A model generated the notes under the pieces. The model was not told the origin of the DNA. It was given only the letters and a program-made list of their open reading frames with translations, and searched no databases. Positions 1-11,102 of a stretch of 64,000 nt of DNA are shown piece by piece (position 1 is the first letter of the stretch; each line of letters begins with the position of its first letter). The stretch lies in NCBI GenBank assembly GCA_963813155.1, contig CAWEYG010000005.1:160001-224000 (forward strand), read 5' to 3'. A program made the position numbers and the translations under genes. This stretch comes from an uncultured Acidobacteriota bacterium. GTDB lineage: Bacteria > Acidobacteriota > Thermoanaerobaculia > UBA5066 > DATFVB01.

Positions 1-662
1 CCGGCTCCCGAAACGTCCGCCTCGGGATGCAGGAACGTCGTGATCCTCTGCCTCTGGTAGTCCTTCAGGAGAAACCACCCGACGGTGCAGGCGAAGAGGC
101 CGGCGAGCAGCAGCGCGGTCCAGTATTGCCAGCGCATCCGTCCGAAGTACATCCCGACGAGAAGCATCGGCAGGAACGTCAGCGCGAGACCGAGATCCGG
201 CTGAAGAAAAACGAGCAGGAACGGGGTCAGGACGATCGCGAAGAGCTTGAACAACGCGGCCGGGCGCAGCCGCCGGTCCTGTTCGTTTTCGAAAAGGTAG
301 GCGACGAGCAGCGCGGTCGCGACCTTGGCGAGCTCGCCCGGCTGAAACTGGTAGCCCCCGACCCGGATCCAGGAGCGCACGTGGGCGATTTTCCGGCCGA
401 AAGTCAGCAGGTAGACGAGGGGAATGAGCGAAAGAAGGTAGATCGGAAACGAGAATTTGAGGAGGACCCGGTAATCGAGCGCGAGCATGATGAGCAGGAG
501 CGCGAGCCCGACCCCCATCCAGATCGCCTGGCGGGCGGTGAGGTCCGCGTTTCGTCCCCCGAGGGTCGAGGAGGCGACGAGAAGGAGACCGATCGAGAGG
601 AGCGCGAGGACGGCGAGAAACAGGGTCATGTCGAGGCGCCGCCGCTGGAAGATCCCTCTCAT
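1..662 (-). CDS. rodA: Rod shape-determining protein RodA (SEDS family), 3' end outside window
   Basis: Read manually: ATG at 662 overlaps the mrdA stop (ATGA). Translation MRGIFQRRRLDMTLFLAVLAL... is hydrophobic, with SEDS motifs FQPGELAK and QPDLG; follows mrdA. Confidence 0.88.
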   Translation of the reverse strand, partial: MRGIFQRRRLDMTLFLAVLALLSIGLLLVASSTLGGRNADLTARQAIWMGVGLALLLIMLALDYRVLLKFSFPIYLLSLIPLVYLLTFGRKIAHVRSWIRVGGYQFQPGELAKVATALLVAYLFENEQDRRLRPAALFKLFAIVLTPFLLVFLQPDLGLALTFLPMLLVGMYFGRMRWQYWTALLLAGLFACTVGWFLLKDYQRQRITTFLHPEADVSGA

Positions 663-2536
663 CGCGCCTCGGCTCTTTCGCCGGAGGGCCGGGCGGAGGC
701 GACCTGCTGCGGTGCGGACGTTGTCTCCGGGATGGGAATGCCGAAGTAGGTGGCGATCAGTTGCCGGGCGAGAGGCGCGGCCGCGGAAGCGCCGTGCTGG
801 CCGTGTTCGACGAAGACCGCGACGACGATCTTCGGATCGGTCTTCGGCGCGAACCCGATGAACCACGCGTGGTCCCTCTTTTCGAACGGGAGCGAGCCTT
901 CCTTTTTCGTGTCCTTCTGCCCGACGACCTGCACCGACCCGGTCTTGCCGCACATTTCGAGGCCGGGGATGCGGGCGGCGGTCGCCGTGCCGCCCGGTTC
1001 GTTGACGACGGCGGACATCGCGTCTTCGATCTGCTTGCGGATCTCGTCGGGAATCGTGAGGCGGCGCTCGCTCTGGTCGACGTATTCGTAGCGCGAGCCG
1101 CTCTGCGGGTCCTCGGCCGAAAGAAAGAGGTGCGGTCGCGGAAAGACGCCTCCCTCGAGGAGGCCCGAGAGCCCCCGCGCGAGCTGCACGGCGGAAACGA
1201 GCAGGGGCCCCTGCCCGATCGCGACGGAGATCGTTTCGGAGGGGTACCAGTGCGCCTTGCGAACCTTGCGGCTCCACTCTTCCGACGGGACGAGGCCGCC
1301 CTTCTCGTTGGGGAGATCGAGGCCCGTGGGCTCGCCGAAGCCGAAGAGGCGGCCCGTTTCGGCGATCTTGTCGATGCCCATCCTTCGGCCGAGCGTGTAG
1401 AAGTAGACGTCGCACGAGCCGCGGATCGCGTCATGGAGATTTACCCAGCCGTGCCCCTCCTTCTTGTGGCAGCGAAAGGTCCGACCGTAGAACGTCGCGT
1501 ATCCGGGACAGAAGACTTTCGTGTCGGGCGTCACGTATCCGCCGGCGAGCCCCGCCTCGGCGAGGAAGACCTTGAAGACCGAGCCGGGCGAATAGACGTT
1601 CTGGATCGCGCGATTCTGGAGCGGGCGATACGGATTCTCGATGAGCTCCGACCACTGCGAGGACGTCATCCGCCGCGAAAAGACGTTCGGATCGTACGAG
1701 GGCGCGGAGACGATCGCGAGAATCTGGCCGGTCTTTGGATCCATCGCGACCGCCGAGCCGACGCGGTCCTTGAAGTATTCCTCGGCGACGTGCTGCAGCC
1801 GCCCGTCGATCGTGAGAGTCAGGTTTCTTCCGGGAATCGGATCTTCGCGGCTCTCTTCGGCGGTTTCGTGCCCGAATGAGTCGACGATGATCCGCCTCTC
1901 GCCGTCGCGCCCGGCGAGCATCTCCTGGTAAGCGCTCTCGACTCCCCGCTGGCCGATCGAGTTGCCCGGGCGGTATCGATCGGGCTGGGCGGCGATCTGC
2001 TCCGGCGTCGCTTCGGAGAGATAGCCGAGCGATTGCGCGGCGAAGGGGCCCTTCGTGTAGAGGCGGCGCTGTCCGACTCCGACCGCGAACTCCGGGTGTT
2101 CCGCGGCGCGCGCCTCGATCGAGGCGACCTCGCCGATCGTGAGGTTTTCGGCGAGGGCGATCGGAACGAAGTCGAAATACATGCGGTACCGGGCGACGCG
2201 CCGTTCGACGTCGTCCCGCGGAAGGTTGAGAAGCGAAATCGCGGTTTCCAGCGATTGCTTCAGATCTTTTGTTTCGCGGCGGTAGAGAAAAAGGCTGTAG
2301 GAGGGCTCGTTCTCGACGAGAACCTGGCCCTGCCGCTCGTAGATCACTCCCCGGGCGGCCGTGACCGCGACGGATCGAAGCCGGTTGTTTTCGGAGAGCT
2401 TGAAGTAATAGTCGCCCCGCACGATCTGGACGTACCAGTACGAGACCGCCATCACCCCGAAAAGACAGGCGGCGGCGACGAAGAGGATCTCGACGAGCCG
2501 TTGGAACGACTCCCGGTCTTCGGAGACGCTACCCAT
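659..2536 (-). CDS. mrdA: Penicillin-binding protein 2
   Basis: N-terminal TM helix, ENNR..RG dimerization domain, PGSVFK (SxxK), SCD (SxN-like), KTG motifs; in mre operon. Confidence 0.95.
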   Translation of the reverse strand: MGSVSEDRESFQRLVEILFVAAACLFGVMAVSYWYVQIVRGDYYFKLSENNRLRSVAVTAARGVIYERQGQVLVENEPSYSLFLYRRETKDLKQSLETAISLLNLPRDDVERRVARYRMYFDFVPIALAENLTIGEVASIEARAAEHPEFAVGVGQRRLYTKGPFAAQSLGYLSEATPEQIAAQPDRYRPGNSIGQRGVESAYQEMLAGRDGERRIIVDSFGHETAEESREDPIPGRNLTLTIDGRLQHVAEEYFKDRVGSAVAMDPKTGQILAIVSAPSYDPNVFSRRMTSSQWSELIENPYRPLQNRAIQNVYSPGSVFKVFLAEAGLAGGYVTPDTKVFCPGYATFYGRTFRCHKKEGHGWVNLHDAIRGSCDVYFYTLGRRMGIDKIAETGRLFGFGEPTGLDLPNEKGGLVPSEEWSRKVRKAHWYPSETISVAIGQGPLLVSAVQLARGLSGLLEGGVFPRPHLFLSAEDPQSGSRYEYVDQSERRLTIPDEIRKQIEDAMSAVVNEPGGTATAARIPGLEMCGKTGSVQVVGQKDTKKEGSLPFEKRDHAWFIGFAPKTDPKIVVAVFVEHGQHGASAAAPLARQLIATYFGIPIPETTSAPQQVASARPSGERAEAR

Positions 2537-2548
2537 GACCCGTCGCCC

Positions 2549-3049
2549 TCATCGGAGCCTCCGATGCCGTCTTCGACGCCACCATTCCTTCCAGGGGAAC
2601 CTCCACGCCCAATAGAATATGCCCCCCGCGCCTCCCGTGAGCGCGCAGCGGCCCAGGTCGGAGAATTCCAGCAGAAAGGGCGTGCCGAGCAGGACGCGCC
2701 CGAGGACCGCCACGATCACCGTGTTGAGCAGCTCGGCGACGGCGAGAGTGGAGGCGACCACGAGCGCTCCGCCGAAAACGACGCGCAGGGAGACGACCGT
2801 CAGGAGGTAGCCGAGGAGCGCCTTCGCGAACGCGTTGGCGCCCTTGAGGGGATGTAGCAGAACGTCCTCGAGGAGCCCGACGGCAGCTCCTCCGAGCGTC
2901 GCCGCCGCGAAACTGCCGGACGCCGCCTGGTAGGCGACCGCGAGAAGAAACCAGTCGATCGCCGCCAGCCCCGGTATACGCGAGGTTCCGAAGAGCCAGG
3001 TGAGGGCCGCCGCGGCGCCCGTGGAGAACAGGAAGCGGACCGACTTCAA
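2549..3049 (-). CDS. mreD: Rod shape-determining protein MreD
   Basis: 166-aa hydrophobic protein with GLLEDVL motif between mreC and mrdA. Confidence 0.85.
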   Translation of the reverse strand: MKSVRFLFSTGAAAALTWLFGTSRIPGLAAIDWFLLAVAYQAASGSFAAATLGGAAVGLLEDVLLHPLKGANAFAKALLGYLLTVVSLRVVFGGALVVASTLAVAELLNTVIVAVLGRVLLGTPFLLEFSDLGRCALTGGAGGIFYWAWRFPWKEWWRRRRHRRLR

Positions 3050-3900
3050 GGGGCCTCATCCGCGACGACCGGCGAGGGGTCCAGCACGAGCACGTCGGAG
3101 AGCCGCGACACGGGAGCCGCCGGCGCGATCTGCACTTTCAGGAAGAGGGATTTTCCGCCGGAGATTCCGGTGACCCGTCCGACCGCGATTCCCCGGGGGA
3201 AAATCCCGTCGATCCCCGCGGTTTCGATGACGTCGCCGGCAACGACGCGCGACAGCGTGCTGAGGTACTCCATCCGGAGGCTCTCCCCTTCGCCTCGCAC
3301 GACTCCCTGGTCGCCCGTCCGGACGACCCTCCCGCCGACCGCGCAGTCGGCATCTCCGATCAAGATGACCTTCGAGAGGTGCGGAGTGACCGTGACGACG
3401 CGGCCCACGAGACCCTCGGGGACGGCGAGGGGCGAGCCGGGCCGGACGCCGTCGGCAGAGCCGGCGGCCAGGAGGGCGCGGCGATAGCCGCCCCGAACTT
3501 CGATCGAGACGATCGGCGCTGCGAGCCGGACCGACGGCAGGAACGGCTGGATCTTGAGCAGCTCGCGCAGCCGCACGGAGTCCTGAGCCCCGGCCCGGAG
3601 CAGGAAGACCTCGCGGTGAAGGCTCGCGATCTCGGTGCGGAGCCGGCGATTTTCGGTCCGCGCTCCGAAATACGACGCGAGAGTCTCCGCGACGCTTTTT
3701 TTCGCCCGGACGGCCTCCTCGGCCCCGCGCACGGCCGGCGACGCGATGGCGAGCCCGAGACGCTCGAGCAGCGAGGGGCCCTTTCCCCCCTCTCTCGCCT
3801 GGGAGGACATGAACAGGAGGCAGGCGGCGAGGGTGCCGGCCAGCAGGAATTTTTCGGACCGGGTCGACGAGTTCGACGAAAAGATTCGGGGCTCAGGCAA
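3046..3900 (-). CDS. mreC: Rod shape-determining protein MreC
   Basis: TM helix, coiled coil (ENRRLR), GLVGRV and [12 protein letters not shown] motifs. Confidence 0.92.
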   Translation of the reverse strand: MPEPRIFSSNSSTRSEKFLLAGTLAACLLFMSSQAREGGKGPSLLERLGLAIASPAVRGAEEAVRAKKSVAETLASYFGARTENRRLRTEIASLHREVFLLRAGAQDSVRLRELLKIQPFLPSVRLAAPIVSIEVRGGYRRALLAAGSADGVRPGSPLAVPEGLVGRVVTVTPHLSKVILIGDADCAVGGRVVRTGDQGVVRGEGESLRMEYLSTLSRVVAGDVIETAGIDGIFPRGIAVGRVTGISGGKSLFLKVQIAPAAPVSRLSDVLVLDPSPVVADEAP

Positions 3901-4918
3901 TCGAGATCTTTTTCAACAATCCGAAATCGGTCAGCATGGCCCCGGTGCCGAGAGCGACCGAAGCGAGCGGATCTTCCGCGTACGAGATGGGGAGTCCGGT
4001 TTCCTCGCGCAGCCGGCGGTCGAGATTCTTGAGGAGGGAGCCTCCCCCGGTAATCACGATGCCGCGATCCATGATGTCGGCCGAGAGCTCGGGAGGTGTT
4101 CGCTCGAGAGCCACGCGGACCGTCTCGACGATCGCGGCGACGACTTCCGAGAGCGCTTCGCGAATCTCCTCGTCGGAAAGGAGCAGGGTCTTGGGCACGC
4201 CTTCGACGAGGTCTCTTCCCTTGACTTCCATGGAGATGGGCTCGTCGAGCGGATGGGCGGAACCGATCTCGATCTTGATCTGCTCGGCCGTTCGTTCGCC
4301 CACGAGCAGGTTGTACTTTCGCTTGATGTACTGGACGATGGCTTCGTCCATCTCGTTGGAGGCGATGCGGACGCTTCGGGAATACACGATTCCGGCGAGC
4401 GAGATCACGGCCACGTCCGTGGTTCCTCCGCCGATGTCGACGATCATGTTTCCCGCAGGCTCGGTGATCGGCAATCCTGAACCGATCGCGGCGGCCATGG
4501 CCTGTTCGATGATGTAGACCTCCGAGGCTCCTGCCCTCATCGCGGAGTCCTGCACGGCCCGCTTCTCGACCTGGGTGATGTCGGAGGGCACTGAAATGAC
4601 GATTCGCGGCCTCACGAACAGCGAGCGTCCGTGGGCCTTCTTGATGAAATAGTCGAGCATCTTTTCGGTCACTTCGAAGTCGGCGATGACGCCGTCCTTC
4701 ATCGGCCGGATCGCGACGATGTTTCCGGGCGTCCGGCCCAGCATGTCCTTGGCCTCTTTGCCGACGGCTTCGACGCGGTTCGTGAGCTTGTTGATCGCGA
4801 CGATCGACGGCTCTCGAAGGATGATGCCGCGGTTCAAGGCGAAGACGAGCGTATTGGCGGTGCCGAGATCGATCGCCAGATCGGACGAGAACAGCGAGAA
4901 CAGCGATTTCCAGCCCAT
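3893..4918 (-). CDS. mreB: Actin-like rod shape-determining protein MreB
   Basis: DLGTANT, DIGGGTT, TGGGSLL motifs. Start placed at ATG 4918 after an AAGGAG SD. Confidence 0.97.
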   Translation of the reverse strand: MGWKSLFSLFSSDLAIDLGTANTLVFALNRGIILREPSIVAINKLTNRVEAVGKEAKDMLGRTPGNIVAIRPMKDGVIADFEVTEKMLDYFIKKAHGRSLFVRPRIVISVPSDITQVEKRAVQDSAMRAGASEVYIIEQAMAAAIGSGLPITEPAGNMIVDIGGGTTDVAVISLAGIVYSRSVRIASNEMDEAIVQYIKRKYNLLVGERTAEQIKIEIGSAHPLDEPISMEVKGRDLVEGVPKTLLLSDEEIREALSEVVAAIVETVRVALERTPPELSADIMDRGIVITGGGSLLKNLDRRLREETGLPISYAEDPLASVALGTGAMLTDFGLLKKISIA

Positions 4919-4938
4919 GGATCTCCTTACTCGGGACG

Positions 4939-6387
4939 CTAGTAGAGTTCCACGAAAACGCGGATCCGTTTGACGGTCTCGCGGCCCGCGGCATCGGCAG
5001 CCTTGACGACGATCTGCGATTCTCCCTCGGTTTCCACCGTAACGGTCGTCTTGAAGGATCCATTGGGCTCCACGTCGGCCCGTTTTCCATTCACCGAAAC
5101 GGAAGCCGACGGGTCTGTCTGACCGAAAATCAGGAAGAGATTTCCCATCTGCTGGGGCGCCTGCAGGGTGAGGGGAGGAGGGGCGCCGCTGGGCGCTCCC
5201 GCCTTCGCGGCGTCGGTCACGATGCGGAATCGCCGGTAGGGGCTCCAGTCCGACGACACGCCGGTTCGGGTGACTCCCGCGACTCTCCAGTAGTAGGACC
5301 CTTCTTCGTGGGGCCGGATCGAGGCCGAGACGCCGGTGCGGTTGGGCAGGTCCAGCGGCGTCGCGTCGGGAATGAACAGTCGGGAGCGAGAGACCTGCAG
5401 CCGGTAGCGGGCGATGTCCTTGACCGCGGTCCAGCGGAGAAGGATGTCGGCGTTGTTCTTGAGGTCGAAAATCCGGTTGTCCGCCGGATCGATGAGCGCG
5501 GGCGAGTCGGGAAGAACGACTTTCGACCCCAGGCTCTGGGTCGACACGTCGGCGCGGACCTTCTCCCGTTCGGAGAGGACGACGCTCTCCTTTCCCGTCC
5601 GCAGCACGGCCTGCCCCCGAAAGTTCGACACGTCGGTATTCTGGTTGACGGGATCGATCGAGAGGCCGACCTGCGAATCGCGCTGGATTTCCGTGTTCAC
5701 CGCCTTCGTCCTGACGGTGGACGACGCGTTGGACGTATAGACCTGAATGGAGCCCGACACCATCTCCACGGCGCTCGATTTCTCCGACTCCCGGTGCTGA
5801 CCGGTTTTCACCTCGAAGAGCGAATCCGGCCGAAGCTGGTACAGCGTGCCGTCGAAGAACATGATTTCCGCCGAGCCGGCCCTCGAGGTCTTGACGAAAT
5901 CGCCGTCGTAGAGCGATTGCCGCAGCTTGCACTCTTCCCATGTGCCCCGGCCGGCGCGCTGGAGGGTGACCTCGCCGTCGAGAGCGACGAACGTCGCGTC
6001 GCCGATCTCGGACCGGCCGGCGCGGCCGAGAGCCCTGCGAGAGAGCGATTCCGACTCGACCGCGAGCGAATAGGCCTGTTCGTATTTGGGCGCGACGTAC
6101 GCCTCGTGCGCTTCGTTCAGGCGGTCTTTCGCCTGGGAGAGAGTCACCGCAAAACGGGAGGAGTCCTGGCTCGATTGGGCGTTCTTGAGCGCGGCCTCTG
6201 CCTGTTCGATCTGGTGTTGCGCGCGGACCTGGGGCGACTGGTGATTGCGCTGGTAGAGATAGACGCCCCAGACGACACCGGCTGCGGCCAGCAGCAGGAT
6301 CAGCAGCCAGCGACGGATGCTCTTGTAGGAGAAAACGATCCAGTCGATCTCTCCCTGGCTCGTCTTCCGTTTTTCCGTTTGTGCCAT
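4939..6387 (-). CDS. Membrane-anchored FecR-domain protein with helical, Fn3-like and Ig-like domains
   Basis: TM helix, helical region, FecR-like segment ([24 protein letters not shown]), Fn3-like segment (YRLQVSR..YYWRVA), C-terminal Ig-like segment ([13 protein letters not shown]). Confidence 0.7.
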   Translation of the reverse strand: MAQTEKRKTSQGEIDWIVFSYKSIRRWLLILLLAAAGVVWGVYLYQRNHQSPQVRAQHQIEQAEAALKNAQSSQDSSRFAVTLSQAKDRLNEAHEAYVAPKYEQAYSLAVESESLSRRALGRAGRSEIGDATFVALDGEVTLQRAGRGTWEECKLRQSLYDGDFVKTSRAGSAEIMFFDGTLYQLRPDSLFEVKTGQHRESEKSSAVEMVSGSIQVYTSNASSTVRTKAVNTEIQRDSQVGLSIDPVNQNTDVSNFRGQAVLRTGKESVVLSEREKVRADVSTQSLGSKVVLPDSPALIDPADNRIFDLKNNADILLRWTAVKDIARYRLQVSRSRLFIPDATPLDLPNRTGVSASIRPHEEGSYYWRVAGVTRTGVSSDWSPYRRFRIVTDAAKAGAPSGAPPPLTLQAPQQMGNLFLIFGQTDPSASVSVNGKRADVEPNGSFKTTVTVETEGESQIVVKAADAAGRETVKRIRVFVELY

Positions 6388-6532
6388 AAAATGAAGAATA
6401 TCCGGGATTTAGTGTCGGTGCCTTATAACATAGCCCGATTCTGCGGGCAAACCGACCGATTTTTGCGATGCCCCGGGCGCATTGTTAATATATCAAGTTC
6501 GCCCCGAATCTCGGGAAGGAGAGGTTACCTCG

Positions 6533-8470
6533 ATGCTCAAAATGATGCGGCAAAGCTTTCGGCACCTCAAGTGGATCCTCTGGTTCGTCGTGTTCGTCTT
6601 CGTGGCGTTCATCTTCGTGAGCTGGGGAAAGGGCGGAATCGGCAACGATCGCGCCGCCAGCGGCGAGGTCGCGACGGTCGGCGGCGACAGAATCACCGCG
6701 GTCGATTTCAGCCGCCAGTACCAGCAAACCCAGGAGCGGTACCGCCAGATGTACAAGGACAACTGGACGCCGGCGCTCGCGAAGGCGCTCGACCTCCCGA
6801 ATCAGGTCCTGAACGGAATGATCGAACGGCGGATGTTGATCGACGCGGCGCGTCGAAGCGGCGTGCGGGTGAGCGACACGGAGCTCTCCGAGAAGATCCA
6901 GTCGCTTTCGGCCCTCCAGCGCAACGGCCAGTTCATCGGCGCCCGGGAGTATTCCAGTCTTCTGGCGGCCAACGGCATGACGCCGGACCAGTTCGAGCGC
7001 GATTTCCGCGACGACATGTTGATCGAGAAATACAATCGTCTCGTCGCCGCGAGCCTGATCGTGCCCGATTCCGAGGTCGAGAACCAGTTTGCACGCCAGA
7101 GCGAAAAGGCGAAAATCGACTACGTGTTGATTTCGCCCGACCACTTCGACGCGAACGCGGCTCCGACGGAAGCCGAGCTCCTGGCCGCCTTCGAGAAGAA
7201 CAAAGAACGGTATCGCCAGCCGGAAAGGCGCAAGCTCAAATACCTGCTCGTCGACGAAACCCGGCTGCGGGAAAAGATCCGGCCGACCCCGGCGCAGCTG
7301 CGCGCCTATTACGACTCCCACCCGAACGACTTTCCGGTGTCGGACCGCGTTCACGCCGCGCACATCCTCATCAAGATCGACCGGGATGCGAAGCCCGACG
7401 TCGACGCCGCCGCGAAGAAGAAGGCAGAAGATCTCGCGGCCCGGGCCCGAAAAGGAGAGGACTTCGCGAAACTCGCGGAAAAATACTCGGAAGACCCGGG
7501 GTCGAAAGATCGCGGGGGCGACCTGGGGCCGTTTGCGCGCGGCGCGATGGTGAAGATCTTCGAGGACACCGCCTTCTCCATGACCCCGGGACAAATCAGC
7601 GATCCGGTGAAGTCGCCGTTCGGGTATCACGTGATCAAGCTCATCGAGAAGCTTCCCCCCGGGAAACAGACATTCGAGGAGGCGGCTCCCAAGATCATCG
7701 CCTCTCTCCAGCAGAGCTCCGTGAAAGCGGAGGAGACGCGCCGCAGCGAAGCCCTCGAGAAGGCCGTCAACCGCAAGTCGAGCGACGAGGACCTCCGCAA
7801 GCTCGCCGACGACGTCGTCTCTTTCGACGCGACCGACTGGGTGACCGCGCAGTCCGTCGTGCCGGGCGTCGGGTACGCTCCCGGGTTCTCGAAGGCGGCC
7901 TTCGAGCTCAAGAACGGAGAGGTCTCGCCGCACGCGATCTCGACCCCTCGCGGTCCCGCCCTCGTGAAGGTCGCGGACGTGAAGGCTCCGGGGATACCCG
8001 ATTTCGCGGAAGTGAAGTCGAGGGTCGCGGCGGATGTGAAGGGCGAGCGGACGCAGCAGAAGGCCCTCGACGCCGCTCGGCCGATCGAGGCCGAGCTCCA
8101 GGGCGGGTCGACGCTCGAGGCGGTTGCAAAGAAATTCGGCGTGACGGTCCAGTCTTCCCCGGAATTCGCGAAGGGAGCGCCGGTCCCGGCACTCGGGAAC
8201 TCGGCGGCGCTCTCCGAGGAGGTCTTCCGGACCGCCGTCGGAAAACCGGGCGGTCCCGTGTGGGTCGGGCCGCAGGGTGTCGTGCTCTTCCGGGTCGCGT
8301 CGAAGAACGAGTTCGACCCGGCGGCATTCGAACGCCAGAAGGGAACAATTCGGGAGTCGATCCGGCAGCAGGAAGCGCAGAAGCTGATCCAGGCGGATCT
8401 CGCGCGGCGGCGCGCCGGGGAGAAGATCGTCGTCAACGACGAGCTCCTCGGGCGCTACAACGCGGGTTGA
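6533..8470 (+). CDS. ppiD: PpiD-like periplasmic chaperone (SurA N-terminal domain + parvulin PPIase)
   Basis: MLKMMR N-terminus with TM helix; parvulin motifs HILIK, FAKLAEKYSEDPGS..GGDLG, FGYHVIK. GAGG SD before ATG 6533. Confidence 0.85.
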   Translation: MLKMMRQSFRHLKWILWFVVFVFVAFIFVSWGKGGIGNDRAASGEVATVGGDRITAVDFSRQYQQTQERYRQMYKDNWTPALAKALDLPNQVLNGMIERRMLIDAARRSGVRVSDTELSEKIQSLSALQRNGQFIGAREYSSLLAANGMTPDQFERDFRDDMLIEKYNRLVAASLIVPDSEVENQFARQSEKAKIDYVLISPDHFDANAAPTEAELLAAFEKNKERYRQPERRKLKYLLVDETRLREKIRPTPAQLRAYYDSHPNDFPVSDRVHAAHILIKIDRDAKPDVDAAAKKKAEDLAARARKGEDFAKLAEKYSEDPGSKDRGGDLGPFARGAMVKIFEDTAFSMTPGQISDPVKSPFGYHVIKLIEKLPPGKQTFEEAAPKIIASLQQSSVKAEETRRSEALEKAVNRKSSDEDLRKLADDVVSFDATDWVTAQSVVPGVGYAPGFSKAAFELKNGEVSPHAISTPRGPALVKVADVKAPGIPDFAEVKSRVAADVKGERTQQKALDAARPIEAELQGGSTLEAVAKKFGVTVQSSPEFAKGAPVPALGNSAALSEEVFRTAVGKPGGPVWVGPQGVVLFRVASKNEFDPAAFERQKGTIRESIRQQEAQKLIQADLARRRAGEKIVVNDELLGRYNAG

Positions 8471-8477
8471 TTCGCCG

Positions 8478-9062
8478 ATGATCGCCCGGCTCGCCGGGAT
8501 CGTTCTCGAAAAGCAGCCGGACCGCGTCGTTCTCGACGTTCGGGGAGTGGGCTACCTGGTTTCGATCTCGTTTCAAACCTACCAGGAGCTGCCGGCCGCC
8601 GCGGCGGAAGCGGCCCTCTGGATTCATACGCATGTCCGGGAGGATGCCCTCTCCCTTTTCGGTTTCGCGACGGAAAAGGAGCGGCGGCTCTTCGAGATGC
8701 TGATCGGCGTCTCCGGCGTGGGGCCGAAACTCGCCCTGACGCTGCTTTCCGGCATTCCGGCCGCCGAGCTCGTCGCGGCGCTCGCGCGCGGCGACGCGAA
8801 GCGGCTCACTTCGGTGCCCGGAATCGGGCGCAAGACGGCGGACCGGCTCGCGCTCGAGCTGCGGGAAAAGGCGGAGAAGCTCCACACGCCGACGGACCCG
8901 CTCTCGGGCATCGATCCCGAGGACGTCGTGTCCGCTCTCGTCAACTTCGGCTACAAGAAGTCCGAGGCGGACCGGGCCGTCGAGGGCATCTCCCGCCGGG
9001 GAGCCCCGCCGGAATTCGCCGACTTCCTGAAAGAGGCGCTTTCGGCGCTGTCGGGTTCCTGA
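8478..9062 (+). CDS. ruvA: Holliday junction branch migration protein RuvA
   Basis: MIARLAG, GVGY, HVRED..LFGF, HhH motifs GVGPKLA and [10 protein letters not shown]. Confidence 0.96.
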   Translation: MIARLAGIVLEKQPDRVVLDVRGVGYLVSISFQTYQELPAAAAEAALWIHTHVREDALSLFGFATEKERRLFEMLIGVSGVGPKLALTLLSGIPAAELVAALARGDAKRLTSVPGIGRKTADRLALELREKAEKLHTPTDPLSGIDPEDVVSALVNFGYKKSEADRAVEGISRRGAPPEFADFLKEALSALSGS

Positions 9063-9063
9063 C

Positions 9064-10101
9064 GTGGCCGAGCCCGTCTCGCCGGAGCATTCGTCCCTTC
9101 TCTCGCCCGCGGCGCTGGCGGAAGAAGCCGCTGTCGAGCCGAAGCTCCGGCCGCAAAAGCTCGCGGAGTACATCGGGCAGAACAAGGTCCGCGAGAACCT
9201 CGACGTGTTTCTCAAGGCGGCCCGCGCCCGCGGAGAGTCGCTCGATCACGTTCTCCTGACGGGGCCGCCCGGCCTCGGCAAGACGACTCTCGCGCACATC
9301 ATCGCGCGGGAAATGGGCGTGGGCCTTCGCGTGACGGCCGGCCCCATGATCGCCCGCGCGGGGGACCTCGCCGCGATCCTCACGAACCTGCAGCCGGCCG
9401 ACGTGTTTTTCATCGACGAGATCCACCGCCTTCCCACGGCGGTCGAAGAGGTCCTCTACTCCGCCATGGAGGACTTCGTGCTCGACGTCGTGATCGGCGA
9501 AGGCCCGTCCGCCCGCACGCACCGGATCGACCTGAAACCGTTCACCCTCGTCGGCGCGACGACGCGCCCCGGGCTTCTGTCGCAGCCTCTCCACGCGCGA
9601 TTCGGAATCCACCACCGCCTGGACTTCTACGACCCGGAGGCGCTCGCGACCATCATCGACCGGTCGGCCCGAATCCTCTCCGTCCCGATCGAGCCCGACG
9701 CGGCCCAGGAGATCGCCCGGCGCAGCCGCGGGACCCCGCGGATCGCGAATCGCCTCCTTCGGCGGGTGCGCGATTTCGCGCAGGTCGCGGGACACCCCCG
9801 GCTCGATCTCGAGGCCGCGCGCGAGGCGCTCGGCAAGCTGGAGGTCGACCAGTACGGGCTGGACGAGCTTGACCTTCGAATCCTCACGGTTCTGATCGAG
9901 AAATTCGGCGGCGGTCCGGCGGGGATCTCTTCTCTCGCGTCTTCGCTCGGCGAGGATCGCGGAACTCTCGAAGATCTCTACGAGCCCTTCCTGCTGCAGG
10001 CCGGGTTTCTCCAGAGAACTCCGCGCGGAAGGGTCGCGACCGCCCGCGCCTACAAACGGCTGGGGGTCGCGCCTGGCCGCAACGAAAACTCGCTCTTCTG
10101 A
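9064..10101 (+). CDS. ruvB: Holliday junction DNA helicase RuvB
   Basis: LRPQKL..YIGQ, Walker [33 protein letters not shown]. Confidence 0.98.
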   Translation: MAEPVSPEHSSLLSPAALAEEAAVEPKLRPQKLAEYIGQNKVRENLDVFLKAARARGESLDHVLLTGPPGLGKTTLAHIIAREMGVGLRVTAGPMIARAGDLAAILTNLQPADVFFIDEIHRLPTAVEEVLYSAMEDFVLDVVIGEGPSARTHRIDLKPFTLVGATTRPGLLSQPLHARFGIHHRLDFYDPEALATIIDRSARILSVPIEPDAAQEIARRSRGTPRIANRLLRRVRDFAQVAGHPRLDLEAAREALGKLEVDQYGLDELDLRILTVLIEKFGGGPAGISSLASSLGEDRGTLEDLYEPFLLQAGFLQRTPRGRVATARAYKRLGVAPGRNENSLF

Positions 10102-10102
10102 A

Positions 10103-10990
10103 ATGAAGAAGGGCGTGCTCATCTACAACCCCACCGCCGGCCAGAAGGATCGGCGGGGGGCGATGAGCAGCCTGATCGACTCGCTGCGGGGCGAGGGCCT
10201 CGAGCTCGCGAACGCGCCGACGCACGGCCCCGGGCACGCGACGAGGATCGTCCGCGATTTTCTTCCGGCGAATCCGTCGGTCATCGCCGTGTGCGGCGGA
10301 GACGGGACGATCTCGGAAGCCGCCGCCGCGCTGCTCGGGACCGACGTCCCGCTCGCGATCCTTCCGGCCGGAACGTCTAACGTGCTCGCGCTGGAGCTCG
10401 GAATCCCGTTCGAGCTGACGGAGGCCAGGAGACTGATCTTCGACGGGGAGCCGAAAGTCGTTCGGGCCGGAATCGCGAACGAGCGCCCGTTCCTGCTGAT
10501 GGCGGGCGTCGGGTTTGACGCGCGCGTCATGGGGAAGATGAGCCTTTTCCTGAAACGGTGGCTCGGTCGCGCCGGGATCGGGTTCACCGTCGCGCCGGAA
10601 TTCCTGCGCTACGAGTTTCCCAAGCTCGATGTCGAAGTCGACGGCCAGCACCATCCCGCCACTTTTGCGGTCGTCTGCAACTCGAAGCACTATGCCGGCG
10701 ACTGGATCGCGGCGCCGGACGCCTCCGTGGAAGACGACGCGCTCGACACGGTCATTTTCAACTCGCGGAGCCGGCGAGACTTCTCGAAGTTCTTCCTCGG
10801 CATGAAGGCCCGGGACGGCCAGCACTTGCGGGACGGCTACGCGAAGGTCGTGCGCGGCAGCAGCGTGAAGATCACGTCGCTCGAGCCGTACCAGGTCGAG
10901 ACGCAGGTGGACGGCGACTGCGTTCTCGAGACGCCGGTCGAGTGCCGAATCTCGCAGCGCACGCTGAAAGTGCTGGCCCCGCGTGGGTAG
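10103..10990 (+). CDS. Diacylglycerol/lipid kinase family protein (YegS/DagK-like)
   Basis: NPTAG, GGDGTISE, PAGTSN, GVGFDA, QVDGD motifs. Confidence 0.9.
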   Translation: MKKGVLIYNPTAGQKDRRGAMSSLIDSLRGEGLELANAPTHGPGHATRIVRDFLPANPSVIAVCGGDGTISEAAAALLGTDVPLAILPAGTSNVLALELGIPFELTEARRLIFDGEPKVVRAGIANERPFLLMAGVGFDARVMGKMSLFLKRWLGRAGIGFTVAPEFLRYEFPKLDVEVDGQHHPATFAVVCNSKHYAGDWIAAPDASVEDDALDTVIFNSRSRRDFSKFFLGMKARDGQHLRDGYAKVVRGSSVKITSLEPYQVETQVDGDCVLETPVECRISQRTLKVLAPRG

Positions 10991-10999
10991 GTTTCCTCG

Positions 11000-11098
11000 C
11001 CTCTCCCCTTGAGGGAGAGGCCGCCGCGAAGCGGCGGGTGAGGGGGCGCGCCCGGGGCCACCCCTCACCCCAACCCTCTCCCACAGGGGGAGAGGGAG
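11000..11098. repeat. Composite palindromic REP-like element between convergent genes
   Basis: Stem-loops CCTCTCCCcttgaGGGAGAGG, CCGCcgcgaaGCGG and CCCTCTCCCacaggGGGAGAGGG, plus the complementary pair GGGTGAGGGG/CCCCTCACCC. Confidence 0.7.
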
Positions 11099-11102
11099 AA
11101 GA

